Origin: Blastocatellia bacterium
GTDB taxonomy: Bacteria; Acidobacteriota; Blastocatellia; UBA7656
DNA length: 64,000 nt
Direction: 5' to 3'
Assembly (NCBI GenBank): GCA_035649735.1
Contig: DASRIZ010000347.1
Span: forward strand, 1,321 to 65,320
The notes below the pieces were generated by a model. That model made no database searches. It saw only the letters and a list, made by a program, of their open reading frames with translations, and had not been told where the DNA came from. The position numbers were made by a program, and so were the translations under genes. This document shows, piece after piece, positions 27,495 to 37,425 of this stretch (its first letter is position 1; the number at the start of each line of letters is the position of its first letter).

Positions 27495-29561
27495 ATGCCA
27501 AATGCAAGAGACGAGCGCCATCGTTACGGACAGCATTACACACCTCGTGAGGTAGCCAGACTACTCGCAGCTTTCGCGATTAGTTCGCCGGGTGATCTGG
27601 TGTTAGACCCGAGCTGCGGTGACGGCAGGTTGCTTCAGGAAGCCGTGCGGTTCAAGCAACAGCTTTGCAAGAATCGTCGCTCAACAAAGGCCTTATCGAA
27701 TCAGGTATTCGGAGTTGAACGCTCGAAGTCCGCCGTGCAAGCCGCAACAAGCACGGGGGCTTGTATTTCAATGGCGGACTTCTTTGATGTCGATCCCGGC
27801 GCGCCTATTAAATCGACTGTTAAATCATTGACGGGTGCCGGCCAGCTCTCATCCACTCCCAGCTCGCTTCCGGTGGAATTCGACGCCATAATCGGGAACC
27901 CTCCATACATTCGTCAGGAAGTGATCGGCTCACTAGGCAAGCGACGCATCGAAGCCCGCCTCGAACGCGATCGCGAGGCTTGCCCCGAAGTGTTCTGGCC
28001 GCGTTGGTCCGGCCGCTCGGATATCTATGTATACTTTTTTGCACATTCGATTCGTTTTTTGAAGAAGAACGGACGGCTGGTTTTTCTAACCGCCAGCAGT
28101 TGGCTCGACGCTGGATATGGTGAAGCGCTTCGTGAGTTTTTGCTTAGGAATTTTCGCGTTGTCGCGGTCATCGAATCCGCCACCGAAAGTTTTTTCACCG
28201 ACGCGTCGATAAACACCTGCATCACCGTGCTTGAGCGCGAAGCCGAGCCGCGCATCAGGGAAGACAATCCAATCAGATTTGTGCGGTTTAATCGCGCCTT
28301 GAACTACGTTCTTGCCGGCCAGTACGCTGAAGGAGCGGGGGTTGATGCTGCGGTGCGTCTAGCTTGCGTCATCCGCGACGAAGATACGAATTCGTGCGAC
28401 TCTTACCGAGTGCGCAGCGTGACCCAGTCTCAGTTATTGAACACCGCGGTCAGTGAGCAGCCTACCGGCGCAGCCCTGGTCCGGGGCTGGGGCAGGTACC
28501 TGCGCGCAGACGATGTCTTTTTCAAGGTAATCGAGCGAGGAGGTTCGAAATTACTCAACCTGTCGCAGATGGCAAGCGTCCGCTTTGGCGTAAAAACGGG
28601 GGCGAATAAGTTCTTCTACGTAAGAGAAGACGATCGTAGTTCGCATCGTGATCGATCCGGGCTGCTCGAGTTGGGAGACGTGGCTTCGGTGCGTCGCGGA
28701 ATTACAACCGGAGCGAACGATTTTTTTTATCTTAGCCCCATCGATCCAATGATTGCGCAAGGCTCGGATCCCCGAGGCTCATCCAACGGTCTCATTGCAG
28801 TGCGTGACTCCGCTGGAAAGCGGCGCGACATCGAACCGAAATTGCTCTCGCTTGTTGTTTTTTCTTTAAAAGAGATTCCAGGAATCCTGCTTGAACGAGT
28901 CGAAGCGCGGCATATGTTATTCAACTGCGCGTTAACCCGGAGCGAGCTTGCCGGCACTCGAGCGCTCGAATACATCGAGAGTGGTGAGCGCGCCGGATAT
29001 CAAAGGCGGCCAACGTGCTCAAATCGCGACCCGTGGTATTCGGTCGCAAGGGGTATGAAGCCCGCGCCGCTGATCTTTCCATCAAAGATTGGAGAGCGCT
29101 GGGTGGTGGCGGTGAATCGGGCGCAGGTTTTCGAAGACAAAAAACTCTACGGCGTGTTCCCGGCTCGTGGTGTCTCGATATTGTTGCTTGCGGCGCTTCT
29201 GAATTCGACGTGGGCGCGTTATTACGCCGAGCTGACTTGCCGCCAGATGACAGGGGCGCAGGCGATCGCCGACATCGACGTAGCTGTAGCCGAACACATC
29301 ATACTATCCGATCCGCACACGTTATCGGCGCGCACAAAGAAGAAGCTCGAAGCTGCGGTTATTGAGTTGTCGAAGCGGCCAATCCTTTCGATCTTCGAAG
29401 AGATCAAACGCGCAGACCGGCGCAGACTCGACTCGGCGACGCTTGAAGCGATCGGCTTTCGGGAAAAAGTCGAGCGAGAATTGGTACTTGATCAGTTGTA
29501 CGACGCGGTGACGGAGCTTGTACGAGCGCGTCTTATCAAATCGCGAGGACGCAATCAATGA
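27495..29561 (+). CDS. Orphan gamma-class N6-adenine DNA methyltransferase (TaqI/Eco57I-like) with a long C-terminal target-recognition region
   Basis: 688 aa. YGQHYTPREVARLL (motif X), LDPSCGDGRLL (motif I) and IIGNPPYIRQE (motif IV) are present. The TRD-type motif G-x-x-TGAN-x-FFY occurs twice. Confidence 0.85.
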   Translation: MPNARDERHRYGQHYTPREVARLLAAFAISSPGDLVLDPSCGDGRLLQEAVRFKQQLCKNRRSTKALSNQVFGVERSKSAVQAATSTGACISMADFFDVDPGAPIKSTVKSLTGAGQLSSTPSSLPVEFDAIIGNPPYIRQEVIGSLGKRRIEARLERDREACPEVFWPRWSGRSDIYVYFFAHSIRFLKKNGRLVFLTASSWLDAGYGEALREFLLRNFRVVAVIESATESFFTDASINTCITVLEREAEPRIREDNPIRFVRFNRALNYVLAGQYAEGAGVDAAVRLACVIRDEDTNSCDSYRVRSVTQSQLLNTAVSEQPTGAALVRGWGRYLRADDVFFKVIERGGSKLLNLSQMASVRFGVKTGANKFFYVREDDRSSHRDRSGLLELGDVASVRRGITTGANDFFYLSPIDPMIAQGSDPRGSSNGLIAVRDSAGKRRDIEPKLLSLVVFSLKEIPGILLERVEARHMLFNCALTRSELAGTRALEYIESGERAGYQRRPTCSNRDPWYSVARGMKPAPLIFPSKIGERWVVAVNRAQVFEDKKLYGVFPARGVSILLLAALLNSTWARYYAELTCRQMTGAQAIADIDVAVAEHIILSDPHTLSARTKKKLEAAVIELSKRPILSIFEEIKRADRRRLDSATLEAIGFREKVERELVLDQLYDAVTELVRARLIKSRGRNQ

Positions 29562-29624
29562 CACATCAGGACGACATTTGATAATTCGTGCTGGCCGACA
29601 TAGAATCGCACGCGAGAATGACCA

Positions 29625-30800
29625 ATGACCTCTAAGGGCCCTTTCAATCGAATTGTGCTGGTCGTACTCGACAGCGTTGGCATCGGAGAGATGCCCGATG
29701 CCCTCGATTATGGAGACCTGGGCGCGGACACGTTGGGTCACGCGCTTGGCTCGCGTGAGGTCCACCTTCCTCACTTGCGAGAGATGGGTTTGGCCAACAT
29801 CAGGAGCCTGCCAATCGCTCCCGTTGAAAGCCCAAACGGCGTGTTCGGAAAAGCGGCTACTTCTTCGCGAGGCAAGGACACAACGACCGGTCATTGGGAG
29901 ATGAGTGGCATTATTACCGAACGGCCGTTCCCAACTTATCCAAACGGGTTTCCGGCGCGAGTAATTGGACGGTTCGAGCTCGCGATTGGAAGAAAGGTGC
30001 TCGGCAACAAACCGGCTTCGGGGACCGAGATCATTAAAGAACTGGGAGAAGAACACGTTAGAACCGGCCGGCCGATTGTCTACACTTCAGCCGACAGCGT
30101 CTTTCAGATAGCGGCCCACGAAGAAATCGTGCCGCTCCAACAGCTCTACGAATGGTCCGAGATCGCCCGCGCACAACTGACTGGCGAAGACGAAGTGGGG
30201 CGGGTAATCGCACGGCCGTTTGTCGGCGAGCCAGGCGGCTTCCGGCGCACAGAAGCGCGGCAGGACTACGCTATCGATCCGCCGGAGGAAACCTTGCTGG
30301 ATCTAGTTAAGTCTGCGGGGCTTGCAGTGGCGGCGGTTGGCAAGATCGGCTCGATCTTCTGCCATCGCGGCACTACCGAAGAATTGAAGGCCGGTAACAA
30401 CAACGCGAGCATCGATCAAACGCTGCGGGCGCTCGAGGGGACCGGCCGAGGTTTGATCTTCACCAACCTTGTAGATTTCGATATGCTGTACGGCCATCGA
30501 AACGATGTCGAAGGCTACGCGCGATCGCTTGAGGAATTTGATCTGCGACTGCCGGAAATCCAACACGCAATGCGCGAGGACGACTTGCTGATGATAAGCG
30601 CCGATCACGGATGTGATCCGGGAGATGTTTCAACCGATCACACGCGCGAGTATGTTCCGGTGCTCTGTTGGGGGCGCCGGGTTCGAGCGGGAGTCGATCT
30701 TGGGACTCGATTATCCCTGGCGGATATAGGTCAGACGGTGGCCGAGAACTTTGGATTGACTCTACAGGCCGGTAGCAGTTTCTTAACTGAGATTTCATAG
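29625..30800 (+). CDS. deoB: Phosphopentomutase
   Basis: 391 aa. VLDSVGIGEMPDA, TTGHWE and SADHGCDP motifs are present. Confidence 0.92.
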   Translation: MTSKGPFNRIVLVVLDSVGIGEMPDALDYGDLGADTLGHALGSREVHLPHLREMGLANIRSLPIAPVESPNGVFGKAATSSRGKDTTTGHWEMSGIITERPFPTYPNGFPARVIGRFELAIGRKVLGNKPASGTEIIKELGEEHVRTGRPIVYTSADSVFQIAAHEEIVPLQQLYEWSEIARAQLTGEDEVGRVIARPFVGEPGGFRRTEARQDYAIDPPEETLLDLVKSAGLAVAAVGKIGSIFCHRGTTEELKAGNNNASIDQTLRALEGTGRGLIFTNLVDFDMLYGHRNDVEGYARSLEEFDLRLPEIQHAMREDDLLMISADHGCDPGDVSTDHTREYVPVLCWGRRVRAGVDLGTRLSLADIGQTVAENFGLTLQAGSSFLTEIS

Positions 30801-30852
30801 ACGATCATCGATTTGGTTCCGTGCGGCACTATTGGCGGCGATCTGAGATCAT

Positions 30853-31638
30853 ATGAAGCTGAGCATCCTCCTCACAATCATTCTTACAGTGACCACCCAG
30901 GCGCAAATCGGGGTGTCGAGTACCACGCAAGAGTCATCTCCGCCTGGTGCCACAACGCAGGACAGGTCGAAAGTTGATGAGATCGCGCGCATGCTGGAGC
31001 GCGTCAAGAGTCGCTCGACCGCTGAGCGTCGCGAGGCGATCGATCAACTCGCCGAGGCCGGTGACCTGCGCGCGGTGGAACCGGTTATCGCCGCGCTTAA
31101 GGACCAGGAGGGGGACGTTCGGGCTTCGGCGGCGAACGCGCTCGGCCAACTCGGAGACAAGCGGGCAGTCGAACCGCTGATCCTAATGCTCAACGACGAG
31201 GTGTCATTCGTGCGCGCGGCGGCGGCAAGGGTACTGGGGCAGCTTGGCGACGCAAAATCAGTCGACCCGCTGACTACATCGCTGAAAGACGGGAACTCGA
31301 CGGTTCGAGGGGCCGCGGCGATGGGTCTCGGATCTTTGAAGGAAGTGAGAGCGGTGCCGGCATTGATTTCGGCGTTGAGAGACGAAGCGCCAGACGTCCG
31401 GTCGGCAGTCGCCGCGGCACTGGGCGATCTGCGTGACAAACGAGCGATCGATCCGCTAATTCACTCGTTGAAGGACGAGTACCGGATGGTCAAGCTTGCG
31501 GCCGCGTTGGCTCTCGCGGACATCGGCGACAAGCGCGCGGTGGCGGCGCTTAGCGAGGCCCTGGCGAGTGAGAAAGATGAGGAAACACGGTCGCAAATGA
31601 AGGAAGCGCTCCAGAGGCTGATGGCCGTGCCTGAGTGA
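30853..31638 (+). CDS. Secreted HEAT-repeat (PBS-lyase type) protein
   Basis: 261 aa. Signal peptide, then ~7 repeats of ..VRxxAAxALGxLGDxRAVxPLIxxLxD.. Confidence 0.8.
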   Translation: MKLSILLTIILTVTTQAQIGVSSTTQESSPPGATTQDRSKVDEIARMLERVKSRSTAERREAIDQLAEAGDLRAVEPVIAALKDQEGDVRASAANALGQLGDKRAVEPLILMLNDEVSFVRAAAARVLGQLGDAKSVDPLTTSLKDGNSTVRGAAAMGLGSLKEVRAVPALISALRDEAPDVRSAVAAALGDLRDKRAIDPLIHSLKDEYRMVKLAAALALADIGDKRAVAALSEALASEKDEETRSQMKEALQRLMAVPE

Positions 31639-31765
<127 letters not shown>

Positions 31766-31772
31766 TGCAAGA

Positions 31773-31802
31773 TTGACACTCGCGGCGTTCGTTGTGTAAG
31801 CT
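31773..31802 (+). promoter_or_regulatory. Putative sigma-70-type promoter for rpsU (TTGACA-N18-TAAGCT)
   Basis: TTGACA at 31773-31778 and TAAGCT at 31797-31802. GGAGG at 31824-31828 is followed after 6 nt by the GTG start at 31835. Confidence 0.3.
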
Positions 31803-31834
31803 TTCCGCTCATCAATTGCATACGGAGGTCTTGA

Positions 31835-32044
31835 GTGGCACAGGTAAAGGTTCACGATAACGAAAGCATCGAAAGCGCAATCCGACGCTTCAAGCGACAA
31901 GTGGCCCGCGAAGGGATCATAACCGACACTAAGAAGCACGCCTTCTATCTAAAACCTGGTGAGCGCCGCCGCCTAAAATCTCAGGTTGCCAGGCGCCGGG
32001 CCAGAAAGAGCCTCCGCAAACGGAACACCTCTCACGAAGAATGA
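31835..32044 (+). CDS. rpsU: 30S ribosomal protein S21
   Basis: 69 aa with a GTG start. [41 protein letters not shown] is the S21 signature. Confidence 0.92.
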   Translation: MAQVKVHDNESIESAIRRFKRQVAREGIITDTKKHAFYLKPGERRRLKSQVARRRARKSLRKRNTSHEE

Positions 32045-32059
32045 AATAGAGCCCAGATA

Positions 32060-32206
32060 CCAAAGGCAGAAGGCAGAAACCAGAAGGCAGAAGGCAGTCA
32101 CCAGTCCTTCTGCCTTCTGCCTTCTGCCTTCTGCCTTCTGCCTTCTGCCTTCTGCCTTCTGCCTTCTGCCGTCTGCCGCTGCCTTCTGCCCGCTGCCTTC
32201 TGCCAG
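32060..32206. repeat. Heptamer-array hairpin, (CAGAAGG)~5 / (CCTTCTG)~14, strongly asymmetric
   Basis: The left arm is 32066-32094. The right arm has 9 perfect consecutive CCTTCTG units from 32106 to 32168, then ~5 degenerate units up to 32202. Confidence 0.9.
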
Positions 32207-32217
32207 CTTCCTCTAAG

Positions 32218-33216
32218 CTATCGCAACGCGATTCGGGGGTCGCGAGCCCGCGGCACCTCGTACCACACGCTGTCGCATTGATCCAACTCTTCCTTATCAA
32301 GTTCCAAATCGACGCCTCCGAGCGCATCTCGGAGTTGCTCCGCACTTGTCGCTCCGACGATCGCCGAGGTCACCGCTCGCTGCCGTAGCACCCACGCAAT
32401 CGATACGTGTGTGAGCGACTTTCCGCGCGCTTCAAAAAAAGCTCGCAAGCGCTCGACAACCTCGAAGCTAGCTTCATTCCAATATCGGTCGAGATAGAGT
32501 TTTCCTGCTACTGCGAAGCGGGTGTTGTCTGCGGGGGGCGCGCCGCGACGATGTTTTCCTGTGAGGAAGCCTCCCGCAAGCGGGTTGTAGACAATCATTC
32601 CGACGCCCTGGTCTTCGCAAAGCGGGACCACCTCGTGTTCAATTTCGCGAAACAGAAGGTTGTACCGAGGCTGCGTGGAATCGAATCTCGCCAGGCCAAG
32701 CCGATCACTGGTCCATAAAGCGCGGGCGAGTTGCCATGCCTGAAAGTTGGAGCAGCCGATATATCTCGCCTTGCCGCTCTGAACGATTGTATCCAAAGCC
32801 TTGAGCGTTTCGTCGATGGGTGTTTCGGAATCAGGTGCGTGAACCTGATAAAGATCAATATAATCGGTTCCCAACCTACGCAGGCTCTCATCAATGGCTG
32901 CCAGCACGTGCTTCCGGGACAGACCGCTGTCGTTTGGCCGAGGTCCCATTTGCATTCGGCACTTGGTGGCAAGAATGAAGTCGTCTCTCTTGCCTCGCAG
33001 CCATCGACCAACAATCTCTTCGGTTCTACCCGCGGTTTCAAGAGAAACCGGTATCGGATAAACATCCGCTGTGTCGATGAAGTTAACGCCGGCATCGGCG
33101 GCGGCGTTCAGGATAGCAAAAGATGTTTGCTCGTCGCATTGATGACCAAATGTCATGGTTCCGAGGCATACCTCAGTCACCTTGAGACCGGTTCCACCCA
33201 ATCGTCTTATCTTCAC
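32218..33216 (-). CDS. Aldo/keto reductase family oxidoreductase
   Basis: Start set at the GTG at 33216 (GGAGG + 7 nt), giving [24 protein letters not shown], the usual AKR N-terminus. The ORF is open back to 33279. Confidence 0.88.
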   Translation of the reverse strand: MKIRRLGGTGLKVTEVCLGTMTFGHQCDEQTSFAILNAAADAGVNFIDTADVYPIPVSLETAGRTEEIVGRWLRGKRDDFILATKCRMQMGPRPNDSGLSRKHVLAAIDESLRRLGTDYIDLYQVHAPDSETPIDETLKALDTIVQSGKARYIGCSNFQAWQLARALWTSDRLGLARFDSTQPRYNLLFREIEHEVVPLCEDQGVGMIVYNPLAGGFLTGKHRRGAPPADNTRFAVAGKLYLDRYWNEASFEVVERLRAFFEARGKSLTHVSIAWVLRQRAVTSAIVGATSAEQLRDALGGVDLELDKEELDQCDSVWYEVPRARDPRIALR

Positions 33217-33560
33217 CTTCGTTCCTCCGGACAAGAGATTATCATCGGCGTTTCGCTCAAGGCGAGTAAGGGACGGCAAGGCCGGGACATTCTTGATCTT
33301 GTGGAATTTTGGAACGGCTGGTTATACTTTCCTCTTGTCGTCGGAGCTGCCTTGGCCAACAGGAGTCGTGTCCTGCTTGGAGGTTCTTGCCATTAGAATT
33401 GCAAGCTTTCACCCGGCTCGCCTTCTATTAGTGTCGGTTTTGACATTCGAGCAGATTGAGTCCGGGGAATTATCACTAATTCGTGAGCCAGTCGAGTTCG
33501 TCGGATAAACAACCGAGATTCTCGGCGCGCCTAGGTGTTCATAACAGGAGTAGAGAAGGG

Positions 33561-35786
33561 ATGAGGAAGTCAGTTAGATACATAGCAGTATTTGTTTTGA
33601 GCTTTTCGGGGCTGTTCTTGCCCGACGTGATCCACGAGCTAAACGTAAGAGCACAAGCAGAGGCGCCCAGCCTGAAGAAGATGCGCCCAAGGACAGTAAC
33701 CGCCGGTACCCGGACATTTACGATACGACTGGAGGGAAAACGGTTTGCAAGCGGGGCAAATGTGTTGTTCGATGGCGTCCCACTCGCCTCACCGCGAATT
33801 CAGCGGAAAGGCAAGCTCCTGCTTGCAGATGTGGACGCGTCGCTGGTTGCGTCGCCCGGAACCCATACAATTCAGGGCGTCAATCCGGACGGCTCCGCGA
33901 GTCCAGTAGAGACATTGACGGTTGGCGCTCAAGACCCAGACTTGCGGATAGTGCTCGACGGCAACGCGGTGCAGGAGGATTCCGGATTAATATTCCTACC
34001 CAACCTTTTGACCGATTCGTTTAGTAAGGGGGCCGATGTCCAGGTGTGGGGCAGGAGCACAGCCGTTACCGAGGTCCCAGGCGGGGTTCAGATCGAGATC
34101 CCTGCTGACTTTGTAGACGATCCAGCGGCCATCCCAATAACTCTATTCGACAAGGACGGAAATCTCTCTAACACGGAGCTTTTCTTTGTGGTTCCGATTC
34201 CGGCCGAGATCAACTCGGTGGAACCTGACTCGCTTGAAGTTGGAACCGAGGATGTCCCTTTTATCGTAAGAGGCGTTTTTAAACCGGGCGCTATCATCGT
34301 GGTGAACGACATGCCGCTGCCGACGACCGTCGGCAAGAATCAGCGCCTCGAGGCGACTCTCCCAGGAAACCTCCGAAGCCAACCGACTCAGCTAATATTC
34401 CGCGTCGAACAGGAAGGTATCCAGTCATTGGACACGATTGTTCCAGTCGCACCGACAACTGGCCCTTTTATCTTCAACGTAGCGCCGATTCTCATTCGAC
34501 ATATGGAGAACAAGCCCTCCATTGAAGTCTTTGGGGCAAACTTCACCAAGGAGATGACGGCGTTGGTAGATGGCCAAGAGGCGTTTGTTCGCGATTTCGG
34601 GAAGAGCCACCTAACCGTTGCGCTCGAGCGTGACATACCGATCGGCGTTCACACGGTTCAGGTGAAAGATACGGAAGGCAACATCACCGAGTTGGCGACA
34701 TTTAAGGTGGTTCCGGACCTAATCGTATCTACATTCGTAGGAACGGAAAAGCTCGGGTTTAGCCTTGGATGCGTAAGCCGCGAAGAAGCGGAGTTTCGTC
34801 GTCCAAGACGAATGACGATCGCGCCGGATGGCTTGCTTTACATAACCGATCAGCAGAATCACGCGATCCGGACCATTGATCTCAACACAGGTCAAACCTG
34901 CACCGTGGCCGGCACAGGTCTCGAGGGGTACCACGATTCGGGAAACTCGGCAGGAAAGCCGCCAACGTTCTCTTTCCCCAACGGCGTCGCCGTCGACAAC
35001 AGCGGGACGATTTTTGTCACTGAAAACGGCAACAGCGTTGTGCGCCGGATCAGAAGATCGGGCGGGAACATAACTGTCGACACGGTGGCAGGTATGTTTA
35101 ATGAGGTGACTAGCGAAGACCGGCAGGACCGCTACAACAGCACACGCCAGGGAATTGCGAGCTACAGAGACGCAGGTCTGTTTGATTCCGCGTTCAGACT
35201 TCCGGACGACATTCTGATTGCGCCCGACGGATCGCTTTACATTGCGGACGCGGGCAACGCCGTGATCCGGCGAATATCGCGAGACGGCGTCGTTGAGACC
35301 ATAGCCGGAAACGGGGTTCCCGGTTTCGCGGACGGCGCGGCTAAACAGGCTCGGTTCAACACCCCGACGGCTATGGCGCTTTCCGCCGACGGCAGGTTCC
35401 TTTTCGTAGCCGACACCAACAACAACAGGGTGCGAAAGGTCGACCTGGTAAACAAGCGGGTCAGTACCTTTGCGGGTGGCGCTACATCCGGCTCGACCGC
35501 GGACGGACCGGGAGGACAAGCGATACTCGTCCGGCCGATCGGACTCGCACTGGATTCGGACGGCACGCTTTACGTAGCCGAACTCGAAGTCAGTGATATT
35601 CGCCGGATTGATCCCCAGGGAAATGTAACAACGGTTGCCGGTGGTGGAAGTCAGAAGCTTAAAGACGGACCGGGCATTGACGCTCGGTTCAACAAGCCGC
35701 GAGGGCTCGCTGTCGACACCCAGCGTGGGATTTTGTACATCGCTGACTACGAGAACTTTGTCATCCGAAGCATCGCTTTACGCTAG
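33561..35786 (+). CDS. Secreted IPT/TIG-repeat plus six-bladed NHL-repeat beta-propeller protein
   Basis: Start at M27 with a signal peptide. N-terminal Ig-like repeats, then six NHL blades (YITDQQNHAIRTIDL, IFVTENGNSVVRRI, LYIADAGNAVIRRI, LFVADTNNNRVRKVDL, LYVAELEVSDIRRID, LYIADYENFVIRSI). Confidence 0.8.
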   Translation: MRKSVRYIAVFVLSFSGLFLPDVIHELNVRAQAEAPSLKKMRPRTVTAGTRTFTIRLEGKRFASGANVLFDGVPLASPRIQRKGKLLLADVDASLVASPGTHTIQGVNPDGSASPVETLTVGAQDPDLRIVLDGNAVQEDSGLIFLPNLLTDSFSKGADVQVWGRSTAVTEVPGGVQIEIPADFVDDPAAIPITLFDKDGNLSNTELFFVVPIPAEINSVEPDSLEVGTEDVPFIVRGVFKPGAIIVVNDMPLPTTVGKNQRLEATLPGNLRSQPTQLIFRVEQEGIQSLDTIVPVAPTTGPFIFNVAPILIRHMENKPSIEVFGANFTKEMTALVDGQEAFVRDFGKSHLTVALERDIPIGVHTVQVKDTEGNITELATFKVVPDLIVSTFVGTEKLGFSLGCVSREEAEFRRPRRMTIAPDGLLYITDQQNHAIRTIDLNTGQTCTVAGTGLEGYHDSGNSAGKPPTFSFPNGVAVDNSGTIFVTENGNSVVRRIRRSGGNITVDTVAGMFNEVTSEDRQDRYNSTRQGIASYRDAGLFDSAFRLPDDILIAPDGSLYIADAGNAVIRRISRDGVVETIAGNGVPGFADGAAKQARFNTPTAMALSADGRFLFVADTNNNRVRKVDLVNKRVSTFAGGATSGSTADGPGGQAILVRPIGLALDSDGTLYVAELEVSDIRRIDPQGNVTTVAGGGSQKLKDGPGIDARFNKPRGLAVDTQRGILYIADYENFVIRSIALR

Positions 35787-35809
35787 ACCGAGCGTTTGGC
35801 GGGTGACAG

Positions 35810-36031
35810 TTAGCTGCGGTGTCTATAGGTGATGCGCCCCTTGGTTAAATCATAGGGCGATAGCTCTACGGTCACCTTGTCACCCGCCAATACCTTGATG
35901 AAGTTCTTCCTCATCTTGCCCGACAGATGGGCGAGGATCTCGTGCCCGTCACCTATTTGCACCTTGAAGGTGGCATTCGGGAGGGATTCCATCACGGTTC
36001 CCTCCACTGGGATCATGTCTTCTTTTGGAAT
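35810..36031 (-). CDS. infA: Translation initiation factor IF-1 (probable AUU start)
   Basis: S1-fold sequence ..[49 protein letters not shown] lies 7 nt upstream of the ATT at 36031. The alternatives, ATG at 36016 and TTG at 36085, lack an SD. Confidence 0.85.
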   Translation of the reverse strand: MPKEDMIPVEGTVMESLPNATFKVQIGDGHEILAHLSGKMRKNFIKVLAGDKVTVELSPYDLTKGRITYRHRS

Positions 36032-36278
36032 AGCGGAACCTCCTTTTAAGCTCTGAGCTCTCCGAGCTGAAGAATTGGCTGTCAATTACCCGCTAAGAAT
36101 ACCCCAACATCGCAATTCAGTCTACGAATCTTGTTGCGGCGGATGACCCGGTCCAGCCAACCTGCGCAGGCGACGTACGTGACAACGATTTCCCCATTAA
36201 CTTGGCCTTCTCGACCCTCAGGCTACCCCTAATCACCCCGATCCCCTAACCGAAAACCCGGCCAAGGCTGTTGAAAAC

Positions 36279-36307
36279 TTGACAGCGATGCGCTCATATT
36301 TTATGCT
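36279..36307 (+). promoter_or_regulatory. Putative sigma-70-type promoter for the J-protein/clpB block (TTGACA-N17-TATGCT)
   Basis: TTGACA at 36279-36284 and TATGCT at 36302-36307, ~50 nt upstream of the ATG at 36358. Confidence 0.3.
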
Positions 36308-36357
36308 GCTTCCGTCGCAGATTATAAACATCAGGTGAGGGCTAGGTCGGGATATCG

Positions 36358-37380
36358 ATGGCGGTCAAGTTCAAGGACTACTATGAGGTGCTTGGCGTCA
36401 AGAGGGACGCCAACGACGAGCAGATTCGCCAGGCGTATCGGAAGCTCGCCCGCAAACATCATCCGGATGTGAATCCCGGCGACAAGATTGCCGAAGACAA
36501 ATTCAAAGAGATCAACGAGGCCAACGAAGTACTCTCCGATCCCGAGAAGCGCAAACGCTACGATCAGCTCGGACCCAATTGGAAGAACGGAGCGGAGTTC
36601 ACGCCGCCGCCGGGCTGGGGACGAGTCAATGTGCAGTTCGACGATCTTGGCAGCATGTTTAGCGGGGGCGGTTTCAGCGATTTCTTCGAGACGCTTTTTG
36701 GTGGAGGAAAGACTTCGGGCCCAACCGATCAGCGGCGCCGAGGTACGCGCTCCCGAAGCGGTCGCGGTCAGGATGCGGAAGCCGAAATGGAGATCTCGCT
36801 TGAAGACGCACACGGCGGAGGACGGCACAGGATAACGCTCCAGGGAACCCGGACTTGTTCGGCTTGTGGAGGAAAAGGAACGACTTCGGGCGGAGTAGTT
36901 TGCACAGTATGCAGAGGGGCAGGCCAGGTTCTGCATCCAAAGACGATCGACGTCAACATACCTCCCGCCGCGCGCGAAGGCTCGGTGATTAAGGTAAGCA
37001 AGCACGGCCAGGGCGGAACAAGCGATCCTGGAGACCTCTTTATAAAGCTCAAGATAAAGCCTCACCCGATCTTCACCGTGTCAGGTGACGATATCACCGC
37101 CGAGGTGCCGATCTCCGCCTCAGAGGCGGTCTTGGGATCAACGATCGAGGTACCTACGATCGACGGCAAGGCCGAGGTGAAGATACCTGCCGGATCTCAG
37201 GGGGGGCAGCGATTGCGGCTGCGAGGCCAGGGTTTGAACAAACGCGGCGGCGGACGCGGAGATCAGTACGTGAGATTGAAGGTGGTGGTGCCGACTCATC
37301 CGACCGATCGAGAAAAAGAGCTCTATCGCGAACTGAGCGGGGCAGGCCATTTTAATCCGCGGGCCGGGTTTGAAAAGTGA
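36358..37380 (+). CDS. J-domain co-chaperone (DnaJ/CbpA-like)
   Basis: 340 aa. DYYEVLGV...KLARKHHPDVNP (HPD), a G/F region, a reduced Zn finger (CSACGGKG...CTVCRGAG), and DnaJ C-terminal domains. Confidence 0.87.
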   Translation: MAVKFKDYYEVLGVKRDANDEQIRQAYRKLARKHHPDVNPGDKIAEDKFKEINEANEVLSDPEKRKRYDQLGPNWKNGAEFTPPPGWGRVNVQFDDLGSMFSGGGFSDFFETLFGGGKTSGPTDQRRRGTRSRSGRGQDAEAEMEISLEDAHGGGRHRITLQGTRTCSACGGKGTTSGGVVCTVCRGAGQVLHPKTIDVNIPPAAREGSVIKVSKHGQGGTSDPGDLFIKLKIKPHPIFTVSGDDITAEVPISASEAVLGSTIEVPTIDGKAEVKIPAGSQGGQRLRLRGQGLNKRGGGRGDQYVRLKVVVPTHPTDREKELYRELSGAGHFNPRAGFEK

Positions 37381-37411
37381 TACGTGATGCGTGATACGTG
37401 ATGCGTATTGG
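37377..37411. repeat. One-armed heptamer array (GTGATAC/GTGATGC) x4-5 overlapping the J-protein stop codon
   Basis: gtgatac gtgatgc gtgatac gtgatgc gtattgg. It fills most of the 45-nt spacer before the clpB ATG. Confidence 0.8.
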
Positions 37412-37425
37412 AGGGACGGTAGCAA

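Noticed and set aside
27495-29561. The methyltransferase as part of a restriction-modification, BREX or other defence island
   Set aside because: No nuclease, specificity, helicase, phosphatase or other defence-type partner gene lies on either side. The flanks are a hydrolase and deoB. I keep it only as an orphan methyltransferase.
32218-33279. The longer forms of several ORFs: the AKR from 33279, the NHL protein from 33483, lon from 42851, clpP from 41768, the DinB-fold gene from 13550, the monooxygenase from 15822 and the hydrolase from 27543
   Set aside because: In each case an internal start restores the family-typical N-terminus or signal peptide. In all except the hydrolase, which has no clear SD, that start also follows a GGAGG-type or weaker SD-like sequence at 5-8 nt. 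The extensions are unconserved-looking, Arg/Ser-rich, or overlap neighbouring genes.
36271-36300. Sigma-32 type heat-shock promoter (TTGAAA ... CATATTTT) upstream of the J-protein/clpB block
   Set aside because: The spacing is ~18 nt and the -10 element lacks the CCCC of the proteobacterial consensus. The overlapping TTGACA-N17-TATGCT fits a housekeeping promoter better. No CIRCE- or HAIR-like inverted repeat was seen.
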